Assembly (NCBI GenBank): GCA_030390025.1
Contig: CM059438.1
Coordinates: 54,004,001-54,068,000 of the forward strand
Source: Squalus acanthias
Lineage: Eukaryota
Direction: 5' to 3'
DNA: 64,000 bases
The stretch's first letter is position 1, and every line of letters starts with the position of its first letter. Under the pieces are notes generated by a model. The model saw only the letters and a list, made by a program, of their open reading frames with translations, did no database searches and had not been told where the DNA came from. This document shows positions 36,415-50,132 of this stretch, piece after piece. The translations under genes were made by a program, and so were the position numbers.

Positions 36415-39400
36415 CTGTCCTTCCCCCACTCCCCCCCCCACTCCCCCCCCTGTCCTTCCCCCACTCCCCCCACTCCCCCCCCTGTCCTTCCCCCACTCCC
36501 CCCCCTGTCCATCCCCCACTCCCCCCCTCTATCAAAACCTTTGATAATTTTAAAGACCTCTATTAGGTCACCCCTCAGTCTATTTTCAAGAGAAAAGAGA
36601 CCCAGTTTATTCATCCTTTCCTGATATGTATACCCTCGCATTTCTGGTATCATCCTTGTAAATCTTCTCTGCACCCTCTCCAGTGCCTCTATATCCTTTT
36701 TATAATATGGCGACCAGAACTGCACGCAGTACTCCAAGTGTAGTCTAAACAAGGTCCGATACAGGTTTAGCATAACTTCCCTACTTTTCAATTCTATACC
36801 TCTAGAAATAAACCCTAGTGCATGGTTTGCATTTTTTATGGCCTTGCTAACCTGTGTATTTGTACTCCAAGATCCCTTTGTTCCTCCACCCGACCTAGAC
36901 TCACACCCTCCAAGTGATAAGTGACCTCCCTATTCTTCCTACCAAAATGTAATACCTCATATTTATCTGTGTTGAATTTCATTTGCCAATTATATGCCCA
37001 TTCTGCAAGTTTATTAATGTCCTCCTGTAACTTGTTGCAGTCCTCCTCAGTATTGACTATGTCCCCCATTTGGTGTCATCCGCAAATTCAGAAATTGTGT
37101 TTTTGATTTCTAAGTCTAAATCGTTCATGTAAATTGGTCCCAGCACTGATCCTTGTGGAACACCACCTTCTGCCACTGTGAATAGCTACCCTTTACGCCC
37201 ACTCTCTGCTTTCTGCCTTGAAGCCAGCTAGCTATCCATTCTGCTACTGGTCCCCTGACTCCGCATTCTCTGACTTTATTCATTAGCCTATTATGGGGTA
37301 CCTTATCGAAGGCCTTTTGAAAATCCAGATAAATTACATCTACTGCATTACCATTGTCTACTCTCTCTGTTACCTCTTCAAAAATTCAATAAGGTTGGTC
37401 AAGCAAGACTTTCCCTTTTGAAATCCATGTTGACTATTCATTACTATGTTTTTGGTTTCTAGATGTTCTTCAATTTTCTCCTTTAGTAGGGATTCCATTA
37501 TTTTTCCTACCACCAATGTTAAGCTGACTGGTCTATAATTCCCTGGACATGTTCTATCCCCCTTCTTAAATATCGATATTACGTTAGTTATCCGCCAGTC
37601 CTCTGGCACTACACCTTTTTCTAACGAATGATTAAATATGTGTTGTAATGCCTCTGCTATCTCTTCCCTAGATTCTTTTAAAATGCGTGGATGCAATCCA
37701 TCCGGACATGGGGTTTTATCCTCTTTGAGTTTGATTCGTTTATTTAATATATCCCCTCTTTATTTTAAATGTACTTATCTCATTACTAATCTCATCATCC
37801 AATGTCATGTCTACCTGTTCTATTTCCTTGGTAAATACTGAAGCAAAATAATTATTTAATATTTCTGCCATCTCTCGATCGTTACTTGTGGTATTATCCT
37901 GTCTATCCCTTAATGGCCCTATTCCCATCCCAACCTTCCTTCTTTTATTGATGTGCCTGTAAAATAGTTTACTCTTTTGTTTTATGTTCCTTGATAATTT
38001 AATTTCACATTCCTCTTTACCTTCCGAACTGTTTTTTTGACTTCTCTCCTAATCTCTTCATATTCTCCCTTATCATGCACTCCCCTGCTGTCTATGTACT
38101 TAATGTATGCCTCTTTCCTTACCCTCAATTGTTCCCTTATGGCTTTATTCATCCATGGAGTCTCATTAGTGTTTAGTTTGTTCTTTCCTTTTAGCGGAAT
38201 ATATTGTTCCTGCACTCTGTTGAACACTGTTTTAAATGTTTACCATTGCTGTTCTACATCATTGTTTGCCAATATTGTTGCCCATTTTATTTTCCCAAGT
38301 TCTATCCTCAGCCCCTCAAAATCAGCTTTTCTCCAATCTATTAACCTGGTTTTCGTCATACTTCTCAATTATCATCTTAAATGATTATATTATGCTCACT
38401 ATTGCCTAGATGTTCCCCTACTTTTATTCTCTTATCTGCTCTGGTTCATTCCCCATTACTAGATCCAATAGCGAATCCTCCCTTGTTGGGCTTTTTACAT
38501 ATTGGGTTAGAAAGGAGTCCTGTACACATTGTAAGAACTCCATTCTCTTATCCCCTTTATCTACCTCTTCTGTCCAATTAATATCGGGGTAGTTGAAATC
38601 CGTCATAATTCTATATTTTTTACTAATTTCCCTAATTTGTCTGCATATTTCTTCCTCCACCTCCCTTCCACTATTTGGTGGTCTGTAGTCTACACCTATT
38701 CGTGTGATTGATCCTTTATTATCTTTTAAGAACGTAAGAAATAGGAGCAGGAGTAGGCCATTTGGCCCTTCGAGTCTGCTCCGCCATTCAATAAGATCAT
38801 GGCTGATCTTCTATCTCATCTCCACTTTCCTGCACTATCCCCATCCATATCCCTTGATTCCCTTAATATTCAAAAATCTATCGATCTATGGCCAATCCCT
38901 TATTCTGAGACTGTGACCCCTGGTTCTAGATTCCCTGCATCTACCCTGTCAAGCCCTGTAAGAATTTTGTATGTTTCAATCAAATCACCTCTCATTCTTC
39001 TAAACTCGAGAGAATATAGGCCTAGTCTACTCAATCTCTACTCATAGGACAATCCCCCCATCCCAGGAACCAGTCTGGTGAACCTTCGTTGCACTACCCT
39101 ATGGCAAGTATATCTTTCCTTAGGTAAAGAGACCAAAACTCTACAAAATATTGCAGGTGTGGTCTCACCAGGGCCCTATATAATGGCAGTAAGACGTCTT
39201 TACTCTTATACTCAAATCCAAATGTAATAAAGGCCAACATACCATTTGCTTTCCTAATTGCTTGCTGTACCTGCATGTTAACTTTCAGTGATTCATGTAC
39301 AAGGACACCCAGGTCCCTCTGAACACCAACATTTCCCAATCTCTCACCATTTAAAAAATATTCTGCTTTTCTATTTTTCCTACCAAAGTGGATAACTTCA

Positions 39401-42400
39401 CATTTCCCCACATTATATTCCATTTGCCATGTTCTTGCCCACTCACTTAGCTTGTCTATATCCCCTTGAAGCCTCTTTGCATCCTCCTCACAACTTACAT
39501 TCCCACCCAGCTTTGTATCATCAGCAAACTTGGATATATTACATTTGGTCCCCTCATCCAAATCATTGATGTAGATTGTGAATAGCTGAGGCCCAAGCAC
39601 TGATCCTTGTGGTACCCCACTAGTTACAGCCTGCCAACCCGAAAATGACCCGTTTATTCCTATTCTCTGTTTTCTGTCCATTAACCAATCCTCAATCCAT
39701 GCTAGTATATTACCCCAAATCCCATGAGCCCTAATTTTGTTTAATAACCTCTTGTGTGGCACCTTATCGAATGCCTTCTGAAAATCCAAATACACCACAT
39801 CCATTGATTCCCCCTTATCTATTCTGCTAGTTACAACCTCAAAAAACTCCAACAGATTCGTCAAACATGATTTCCCTTTCATAAATCCGTGTTGACTCTG
39901 CCCAATCATATTATTATTTTCTAAGTGCCCTGTTACCACGTCCTTAATAATAGATTCTAGCATTTTCCCTACTACTGATGTCAGGTTAACTGGCCTGTAC
40001 TTCCTCGTTTTCTCTCTCCCTCCTTTCTTAAATAGTGGGGTTACATTTGCTACCTTCCAATCCACGGGAACCTGTTCTAGAATCTATGGAATTTTGGAAA
40101 ATGACAACCAATGCATCCACAATTTCTATACCCACCTCTTTCAAAACCCTATGATGTAGGCCATCACGTCCATGGGATTTATCGGCTTCCAGTCCCATTA
40201 ATTTCTCCAGTACTATTTTTTTACTAATACTAATTTCTTTCAGTTCCTCATTCTCACTAGACCCTTGGTTCTCCACTATTTCCGCAAAGTTTTTTGCATC
40301 TTCTTCCGTGAAGACAGACACAAAGTATAGAAACATAGACATAGAAGATAGGAGCAGGAGTAGGCCATTCGGCCCCTCGAGCCTGTTCCGCCATTTAATG
40401 AGATCATGGCTGATCATCCAAATTCAGTACCCTGTCCCTGCTTTCTCCCCATATCCCTTGATCCCTTTAGCCTTAAGAAATATATCTAACTCTTTCTTGA
40501 ATATATTTAATGAATTGGCCTCAACTGCCTTGTGTGGTAGAGAATTCCACAGGTTCACCACTCTCTGGGTGAAGAAATTCCTCCTCATCTCAGTCCTAAA
40601 TGGCTTACCCCTTATCCTTAGACTGTGACCCCTGGTTCTGGACTCCCCCGCCATCGGCAACATCCTTCCTGCATCTAGTCTGTCTAGTCCTGTTAGAATT
40701 TTATAAGTTTCAATGAGATCCACTCTCATTCTTCTAAACTCTAGCGAATATAAGCCGAATCGACCCAATCTCTCCTCATACATCATTCCTGCCATCCCAG
40801 GTATCAGTCTGGTGAATTTTCGCTGCACTCTCTCCATGGCAAGAACATCCTTCCTCAGATAAGGTGACCAAAACTGCACACAATACTCAAGGTGTGGTCT
40901 CACCAAGGCCCTGTACAACTGCAGCAAGACATCCTTGCTCCTGTACTCGAATCCTTTCGCTACGAAGGCCAACATACCATTTGCCTTCTTAACCGCCTGC
41001 TGCACCTGCATGCTTACCTTCAGCGACTGGTGCACAAGGACACCCAGGTCTCGTTGCACTTCCCCTTTTCCCAATCTATTGCCGTTCAGATAATAATCTG
41101 CCTTCCTGTTTTTGCCACCAATGTGGATAACCTCGCATTTATCCACATTATACTGCATTTGCCATGCATCTGCCCAATCACCCAACCTGTCCAAATCATA
41201 CTGGAGTTTCTCTGCATCCTCTTCACAGCACACACGCCCACCCAGTGGTTTAATTTCTCTGCCATTTCCTTATTCCCCATTATAACCTCTCCTGTCTCAG
41301 CCTGTAAGAGACCCACATTTACTTTCGCTAATCTCTTCCTTTTTACATACCGATAGAAGCTTTTACAGTCTGTTTTTATGTCTCTTGCTAGTTTACTCTC
41401 ATATTCTATTTTCCCTTTCTTTATCAATTTCTTGGCCCTCCTTTGCTGAATTCTAAAATCCTCCCAATCCTCAGGCTTACTACTCTTTTTGGCAACATTA
41501 TAAGCCTCTTCCTTTGATCTAATACTATCTTTAACTTCTCTTGTTAGCCACGGTTGGACCACTTTTCCTGTGGGGTTTTTGTGCCTTAAAGGAATGTATA
41601 TTTGTTGCAAATTATGTATTAATTCTTTAAATGCTAGCTATTGCTTGTCTACCATCATACCTTTAATGTAGTTTCCCAATCTACCTTAGCCAACTCGCCC
41701 CTCATACCTACGTAGTTTGCATTGTTTAGATTTAAGACCCTAATTTTGGATTTAACTAAATCATTTTCAAACTCAATATAAAATTCTATCATATTATGGT
41801 CACTCTTCCCTAAAGGCCCCTTTACAACAAGGTTATTAATTAACCCTTTCTCATTGCACAATACTAGATCTAAAATAGCCTGTTCCCTAGTTGATTCCTC
41901 AACATATTGATCTAGAAAACTATCTTGCATACATTCCATGAATTTGTCCTCCACACTATTACTGCAAGTTTGGTTGCCCAGTCTATATGTAGATTAAAGT
42001 CCCCCATGATTACTGTATTACCCTTGTTATATGCGCGTCTAATTTCCTGATTTATACTCTGACCTACATTACAACTACTGTTTGGAGGCCTATAAACAAC
42101 TCCCACCAATGTTTTCTGCCCCTTGCTGTTTCTTAGCTCCACCCAAACTGATTCTACATCTTGATTTTCACAGCTAAGATCCTCTTTCTCTACTGTCTTT
42201 ACCCCATCCTTTATTATCAGGGCTACCCCTCCTCCTTTTCCATTTTGACTATCTTGTTGAGGCTGCCGCGAAACACGAATTAAGGCTGAATCCAGGTGTG
42301 TTAAACAAGAGACTTTTTAATCAACTGCATGGCAAAAAATGGCTGAACCGACTGCTCCCAGAATTCTCTGGAAAAATCCTGAGGCCCCGCCCACTCCTGC

Positions 42401-45400
42401 CTTAAAGGTAAGGTGCCTTAAAGGGAAGGTGCATCGATATATTGTCCACGGACGGAAAAGTGGATAATGCCCGTTTAGGTGGCGATCCGCCACACAGCTC
42501 CCCCCAGAATCCGCTTAGGAGGTGTGGACGAGACGGTGCGGCGGTCTGATGGGCCGGCCGGAGCGGCTCTTGTAGGACGCCGGTGGACGTGGAATGGCCG
42601 GGCGTGGAGCAGCCGGGTGAACCGGCTTGAGGGCAGGTCGGCCGCGTGGAGGTGGACGAGCTACAGGGACCTGCTCACCGGGCTCCGATTGTGCTGGCTT
42701 GAGTCGGTCAACCGACACTTTTTCGGTCCTGTTGCCCACTTGCTGGGTGAAAAATTTGTCCCCAGCCTGTAGCACCTTGTAGGGCCCGTCGTACAGGGGT
42801 TGAAGGGGTCCGCGGTGGGCGTTGTGCCGGACGAAAACAAACCGTGCCTGGTGCAGGCTTAGTGGGACGTGTGAGGTGGATTCACCGTGTCGGGCAATGG
42901 GCACCGGGGCGAACTGCAGCGCCGGTGAGGCGAAGTCGTGGTGTTGCTGGTCGGCTGACCAGGGTGTCGTGGCGGTGGGCAGGAACTCGCCGGGTACGCA
43001 CAGCGGCTGACCGTACACGAGCTCTGCTGCCGATGCGTGGAGGTCTTCTTTAACCGCGGTGCGCAGGCTGAGGAGGACCCACGGAAGTCGGTCGGTCCAG
43101 GCGCCGTCTTGGAGGCTGGCTCGAAGAGATGCCTTCCAGGATCTGTGGAACCACTCACACAGTCCGTTGGCTTGGGGGTGGTACGCTGTGGTGCGGTGAA
43201 TGGTCACCCCGAGATTGCGTGCTACGGCGGTCCAGAGTTCAGAGGTAAATTGCGGACCTCTGTCCGACGTCATGTCGGAGGGGACGCTGAACCGTGCGAC
43301 CCAGGTGCTGACGAAGGCTCTGGCGATGTCGGCCATGGTGGTAGAGGTCAGTGGAATTGCCTCAGGCCAGCGTGTGGTGCGGTCAACGATGGTCAGCAAG
43401 TGCATGTGGCCTTGCGACGGTGGCAGGGGCCCGACGATATCCACGTGGATGTGGTCGAATCTCCGCGAGGGGACGGTAAACTCCTCGAGGGGTGCTTTCG
43501 TGTGTTGCTGTACCTTGGCCCGTTGGCAGGCTAGGCAGGAGTTGGCCCAAGTACGCACATCCTTGCGAAGGCCGCACCAGACGAAACGGTTGGCTGCCAA
43601 TTTGATGGATGCGCGGGCGCCGGGGTGGGAGAGGTTGTGGAGAATGTCGAATACCCGGCGGCGCCAGGACGCTGGGATGACGGGCCGAGGTTGACATAGG
43701 GATATGTCGCACTTGACCGTGACTGCGGTCGGGCCACAGGCGACGTCGGCCAGGCGTAGCCCTGGTAGGTTGGTTGGTAGGTGTGGAGAGCAGATCAGGG
43801 TCGGTGATCTGGTCTGCTGCGAGTTGAGTGTAGTCGACTGCCAGGTGTGCGGCGTGGATGGCGGGGCGGGAGAGGCAGTCGGCTACCACATTGTCTCGGC
43901 CGGAGACGTGTTGGATGTCCGTGGTGAACTCGGACACTGCCGCGAGCTGGCGCTGCTGCCTGGCGGACCAGGGGTCGGTTGTCTTTGCCATTGCGAATGT
44001 CAGGGGCTTGTGGTCGACAAACGCAGTGAAGGGGTGGCCCGCAAGCAAAAACCGGAAATGTTGGACCGCCAGGAACAGCGCAAGGAGCTCGCGGTGGAAG
44101 GTGCTGTACTTGACCTCCGGGGGGCGTAGTTGGCGGCTGAAGAAGGCAAGTGGTTGCCAGGCGCCATCGACCCACTGCTCATACACGGCGCCGACCGCAT
44201 GGTCGGAGGCGTCTGTGGTGAGCGCTACCCTGGCATTGGGCCGTGGGTGCGCGAGCAGGGTGGTGTTGGCGAGCGCGGTCTTGGTGGAGTCGAAGGTGGC
44301 GGACGTATCTGCCGTCCATTCGACCGCCATCTTGCCGCTCCTGCCCCGGAGGGCTTCATACAGGGGCCTCATGAGGGACGCCGCTTTGGGGATGAAGCGG
44401 TTGTAGAAATTCACCATCCCGAGGAACTCCTGGAGGCCTTTGATGGTGGTGGGGCGGGGAAATTGTTGGACGGCCTGCACCTTGGTGGGCAGGGGAATGG
44501 CCCCAGCATGGGTGATGTGGTGGCCGAGGAAGTCGATCTTGTCCAGGCCGAACTGGCATTTGGCTGGGCTGAGGATGAGCCCGTGGTCGCTGAGGCGCCC
44601 GAACAGGATGCGAAGGTGTTCGAGGTGTTCCTGCTTGGAGGAACTGGCTACCAGGATGTCGTCCAGGTAGACGAACTGGAACTTCAGGTCCTGAAGGACC
44701 GAGTCCATGAGCCGTTGGAATGCCTGGGCCGCGTTTTTGAGGCCGAAGGGCATCCGCAGGAACTCGAACAGGCCGAAGGGGGTGATTACGGCCGTCTTGG
44801 GGACGTCCGCGGGGTGGACGGGGACTTGGTGGTAGCCGCGCACCAGGTCGACCTTGGAAAAGACTGAGCGGCCGGCCAGTCTAGCCGAGAAGTCCTGAAT
44901 GTGCGGCACGGGGTACCGATCAGGGGTGGTGGCGTCGTTGAGGCGGCGGTAATCCCCGCAGGGGTGCCAACCTCCGCCTGGTTTGGGGGCGATGTGGAGT
45001 GGGGAGGCCCAGGGACTGTTGGAGCGGCGGATGATGCCGAGCTGTTCCATGGTGGCAAACTCGGTCCACGCGATCTCCAGTTTGGTCGGGTCCAGCCTGC
45101 GGGCGTGGGCGTACACTGGGGGGCCTGTGGTGGGGATGAAGTGTTCCACCCCGTGTTTGGCGGCCTCCGCGGAGAAGGTCAGATTGGTAAGGGCCGGGAA
45201 TTCGGCCAGGAGTGCCGAGTAGTCATCCGTGGCCCGGGCATGGCACTGTGACGCCATGTCGGCGGGTTGACGGGGGGCCATGGCACCCAGGATGGGGGAC
45301 ATGGTGTTCATGTCCACGAGGCAGTGACGAGGGATGTCTACCAGTAGGCCGTGGGCGCACAGGAAATCTGCGCCGATGAGAGGGGAGAGCACCTTGGCAG

Positions 45401-46356
45401 TGATGAACTCCCATCGGTAGCGGTGACCAGCGAGGTCGAGGGTGACTGTCCAGGTGCCATACATCCGGATTTCCGAGCCGTTAGCAGCAGCCAGTGCTGG
45501 TCCTCATTCGTCCTTTTGGATGTCGAGGGCGGAGGCCGGGATGATGCTGTGCTGAGCCCCAGTGTCGCACAGGAACCGGCGGCTGGTTTTGTCATCCGTG
45601 ACGAACAGCAGGGAGCCCGCGTGACCCACGGCCATTGCGGGGGCTGGTACGGGGGCAGACTTGAAAGAGCAGGGAGGTGTGCACCGTTGTGCCCTGGCGC
45701 CGAACCGTGCATGGTAGTAACAGTGGCCCGGGTTAGTGGGGCGCGAAGGCCCCGTGGGCCTGGTGGCAGGCCCTTGTGGCCGCGTGGTGGCCGGTGAGGG
45801 GCGCGCCCAGGCATTGGCTGCCAGGTCCGGAGTGACGTCGCGGCTGGAGTGAGCGGAAAGCAGCTTGTCGGCCTCATCGGCCAGGGCTTCCAGGTCCGTG
45901 AGGCCGGACGCCACGATCGCTGGGCGGATGCTGAGAGGGAGCTGGCGGATGAACAGCGTGCGGAAGAGGGATCCGGGTGGGCTCTCGTCGGTGAGGGAGA
46001 GCATGTGGGAGAGGAGGTCTGACGGTGAGGCATCACCGAGGCCTGGAAGGTCAAGGAGGTGGCAGTTTCGCTGATATGCCGAGGCCGTAAATTTTTTAAG
46101 GAGCGCTGTCTTGAGATGTGCGTACTTGCCTTCCTCTGGTGGGTTCTGCAGCGCTGTCCAAACCTTGGAAACTGTGGCGCTACCGAGTGATGTGACGAGA
46201 TAGTCGTACTGCGTCCCATCTGTGGTGATGTTTCGCAGCTGGAAGCGAGATTCAGCTTGGAGAAACCAGGCTTCGGGCTGGTTTACCCAAAACTCCGGCA
46301 GTTTCACGGAAACTGCGTTCGTGTCCGCCATTGCAGTGCTCAGAATACGTTCTGAG

Positions 46357-46370
46357 CGTCGGGGTCACCA
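46357..46370 (-). promoter_or_regulatory. Primer binding site complementary to the tRNA-Trp 3' end
   Basis: TGGTGACCCCGACG one base inside the 5' LTR; vertebrate tRNA-Trp ends CGUCGGGGUCACCA. Confidence 0.85.
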
Positions 46371-46529
46371 ATATTGAGGCTGCCGCGAAACACGAATTAA
46401 GGCTGAATCCAGGTGTGTTAAACAAGAGACTTTTTAATCAACTGCATGGCAAAAAATGGCTGAACCGACTGCTCCCAGAATTCTCTAGAAAAACCCTGAC
46501 GCCCCGCCCACTCCTGCCTTAAAGGTAAG

Positions 46530-47303
46530 GGGGGAAAAATTCAGCTGCTTGCGCCTCCCGTTAGCGCCTTAAGAGGGCACTAATGGGGTGTAAAGCAGCT
46601 AACGCCCGGGCGCAGCGCAGCCCACGCCTCCCGAAAAATTCAGCGGGAGGTTAGCGGCGGCGCCAGCCGGTAGCGCCCTGTGGCGCTGCGCCGCCGGCGA
46701 TGACGTCATCGCCGTGCGCAGCACCCCGCTCGCGCTCCAGCCGCGATCTTCAGTCGCGCCCCCTGATTTACCGCCAGATGCTATGTCCGACGGGTTCAGG
46801 GAGGCGTACTTGCGGCCGGGGCGGCGATATTTAAAGGGGAGGTGGCAGGCGGCCATTTTTGTTGCTGGCCACCTGCCAGCACCTGCCCCCGTTGCTGTCC
46901 CCGGCCCCCGTGAAGCCCCCCCACCGTGAAGTGCCGGCTGCGCTCCAAGAGCCCGGCACTTCTCTTGAGTGCCGGGCTCTTTTGCCGGCACTCCCGATCC
47001 CTGGGGGCCCAGCTGGGCCCCGGTTCGCGCTGCGCAGGGTCCCTCCCCTTTAAGAAGGGGAGGAAGGCCTGCAATACCGCGGCGCGACGTGCCGCAGCGC
47101 GTGGCGCTGCGGCACGTAGCACCAGGATATTCCCTCGCAGCGCCCCAAGAGGGATGCGGGGTGCTTCCAGTGGCGCCCCGCTTCCCTCTTGGGGCGCAAC
47201 CACTGAAGTTCCGGCGCGGGGGCCGCTAATTTTTTCGGGGCGCTAAAAGTCGCGCCCCGGCGAGGTTAGCGCCCCAAATGGGTCGCGACTCAATTTTTAC
47301 CCC
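46530..47303. mobile_element. PIF/Harbinger-type MITE, 774 bp, inserted in the Gypsy 5' LTR
   Basis: TIRs gggggaaaaatt / aatttttacccc; 3-bp TSD aag confirmed against the uninterrupted LTR. Confidence 0.88.
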
Positions 47304-47989
47304 AAGGTGCCTTAAAGGGAAGGTGCATCGATATATTGTCCACGGACGGAAAAGTGGATAATGCCCGTTTAAGTGGAGATCCGCCACAATCTCTTCTAAA
47401 AGTTAAGTATCCTGGAATATTTAGTTCCCAACCATGGCCACTTTGCAACTACCTCTCCGTAATGGCTATTAGATCAAACCTGTTAATTTATATCTGCGCT
47501 ATTAATTCATCTATTTTGTTGCGAATGCTTCGCGCATTCAGATATAGTGCCTTTAGCTTTGACTTATTTCTATTTTTCCCTGATGTCACCTTCATCACTG
47601 ATGCCTTATTACATTTGTTACTCTCTCTGTCCCTTCCTGACCCATTCTGCTTATTTTTACCCGAAACTTTATTCTGCTCCAGAGCCTTGACATTTCTCTC
47701 GATCCTTTTAAATTTACTCTTTCCTGAATCCTCCAACCCCCGCTTCATTAGTTTAAAGCCCTGTCTACTGCCCTAGTTATCTCTATCCATATGGATTCTA
47801 TTTTTGTCTTGCTGATAGCTGTGTCACTTTTTTCTATTGCCATTATGTTATCCCTAATAAGTACATCTGCTCCACCTCCCCCTTTTTCTCTCTCTATCTT
47901 TTCTACGTATCTTATACCCTGCAATGCTCAATACCCAGTCCTGATTTTTCTGCAGCTATGTCTCATTACACACACATACCCAAAATCCT

Positions 47990-49755
47990 GGGATTCCACA
48001 CACAGGCCCACAGTCCCGGGTCTCCACATACAGACCCACAGTCCCGGGTCTCCACACACAGACCCACAGACCCACAGTCCCGGGTCTCCACACACACAGA
48101 CCCACAGTCCCGGGTCTCCACACACAGACCCACAGTCCCGGGTCTCCACACACACAGACCCACAGTCCCGGGTCTCCACACACAGACCCACAGTCCCGGG
48201 TCTCCACACACACAGACCCACAGTCCCGGGTCTCCACACACAGACCCACAGTCCCGGGTCTCCACACACAGACCCACAGTCCCGGGTCTCCACACACACA
48301 GACCCACAGTCCCGGGTCTCCACATACAGACCCACAGTCCCGGGTCTCCACACACAGACCCACAGATCCACAGACCCAGGTCTCCACACACAGACCCACA
48401 GTCCCGGGTCTCCACACACCGACCCACAGTCCCGGGTCTCCACACACACAGACCCACAGTCCCGGGTCTCCACACACACAGACCCACAGTCCCGGGTCTC
48501 CACACACACAGACCCACAGTCCCGGGTCTCGACACACACAGACCCACAGTCCCAGGTCTCCACACACACAGACCCACAGTCCCGGGTCTCCACACACACA
48601 GACCCACAGTCCCGGGTCTCCACACACACAGACCCACAGTCCCGGGTCTCCACACACACAGACCCACAGTCCCGGGTCTCCACACACACAGACCCAGAGT
48701 CCCGGGTCTCCACACACACAGACCCACAGTCCCGGGTCTCCACACACACAGACCCACAGTCCCGGGTCTCCACACACACAGACCCACAGTCCCAGGTCTC
48801 CACACACACAGACCCAGAGTCCCGGGTCTCCACACACACAGACCCACAGTTCCGGGTCTCCACACACACAGACCCACAGTCCCGGGTCTCCACACACACA
48901 GACCCACAGTCCCGGGTCTCCACACACAGACCCACAGTCCCGGGACTCCACACACACAGACCCACAGTCCCGGGTCTCCACACACACAGACCCACAGTCC
49001 CGGGTCTCCACACACAGACCCACAGTCCCGGGTCTCCACACACACAGACCCACAGTCCCGGGTCTCCACACACAGGCCCATAGTCCCGGGTCTCCACACA
49101 CAGAGACCCACAGTCCCGGGTCTCCACACACCGACCCACAGTCCCGGGTCTCCACACACACACAGACCCACAGTCCCGGGTCTCCACACACACAGACCCA
49201 CAGTCCCGGGTCTCCACACACAGACCCATAGTCCCGGGTCTCCACACACACAGACCCACAGTCCCGGGTCTCCACACACCGACCCACATTCCCGGGTCTC
49301 CGCACACACAGACCCACAGTCCCGGGTCTCCACACACACAGACCCACAGTCCCGGGTCTCCACACACACAGACCCTCAGTCCCGGGTCTCCACACACACA
49401 GACCCACAGTCCCGGGTCTCCACACACACAGACCCACAGTCCCGGGTCTCCACACACACAGACCCACAGTCCCGGGTCTCCACACACACAGACCCACAGT
49501 CCCGGGTCTCCACACACACAGACCCACAGTCCCGGGTCTCCACACACAGACCCACAGTCCCGGGTCTCCACACACACAGACCCACAGTCCCGGGTCTCCA
49601 CACACACAGACCCACAGTCCCGGGTCTCCACACACAGACCCACAGTCCCGGGTCTCCTCACACAGACCCACAGTCCCGGGTCTCCTCACACAGACCCACA
49701 GTCCCGGGTCTCCTCACACACACAGACCCACAGTCCCGGGTCTCCTCACACACAG
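47990..49755. repeat. 28/30-bp minisatellite (gacccacagtcccgggtctcca(ca)n), about 60 units
   Basis: Direct periodicity; unit length varies with the internal (CA)n. Confidence 0.98.
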
Positions 49756-49871
49756 CCGAGACCAGAGAGACAGGGGTGGGGGGCCCGCCCTGAGTCCAGT
49801 GTGGGGGGACTGTCCTGAGGCCGGGTGGGGTGGGGTGGGGTGGGGAGCCCGCCCTGAGGCCACAGGGCCCA

Positions 49872-50132
49872 TACGCACAAAGGAACAGGAGAAGTCTATT
49901 CAGCCACTCAAGCCTCTTCCACCATTCAATTAAATTATTGCTGATCAGTATCTTAATTGCATCTACCCACCTTTGTTCCATAGCCCTTCTTACCGTCGCC
50001 TAACAAAAATCCATCGATTTAGTTTTGAAATTTTCACTTGACCCTCCGCCTCAACAGCTTTTTGGGGAGAGTTCCAGATTTCCACTACCCTTTGTGTGAA
50101 GATGTGCTTCCTGACATCACCCCTGAACAGCC
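49872..50132 (-). mobile_element. CR1 3' end fragment
   Basis: Inverse of the 3' end at about 22880-23130. Confidence 0.75.

Larger units (their letters stand above)
42255..47388 (-). mobile_element. Full-length Ty3/Gypsy LTR retrotransposon; gag-pol broken by one nonsense codon (45504) and a frameshift near 43780
   Basis: LTRs 42255-42494 and 46372-47388 (the latter with an insertion); TSD atct; PBS 46357-46370; PPT 42495-42512. Gag VKLPEFW, protease CDTGA, RT YLDD, RNase H TDAS, integrase HHCC and DIVG/SDRG/E. Confidence 0.96.
38728..47778 (-). mobile_element. CR1 copy D (ORF1 end to 3' UTR), interrupted by a CR1 3' piece (about 40328-41246) and a Gypsy element
   Basis: ITRAVDRALN* junction at 47748-47757, LYLNARSIRNK, RT ORF 39094..40065, 3' tail near 38730. 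Confidence 0.9.
36528..47960 (-). mobile_element. Old host CR1 (36528-38727, resuming about 47779-47960)
   Basis: Endonuclease ESIWIEI / KDNKGSITRIGV.YRPP is split between about 47779 and 38727; RT motifs at 36540-37700. Confidence 0.8.

Noticed and set aside
45504..45506. In-frame TGA in the Gypsy ORF as programmed gag-pol readthrough
   Set aside because: It lies inside the protease, after the DTG active site, and is most simply a CGA-to-TGA CpG decay mutation.
42479..46219. Many overlapping antisense and alternate-frame ORFs in the Gypsy element
   Set aside because: Expected from high GC content; no recognisable domains.
47791..49793. Long ORFs of 430-611 aa on both strands
   Set aside because: Translations of a minisatellite; no domain content or splice support.
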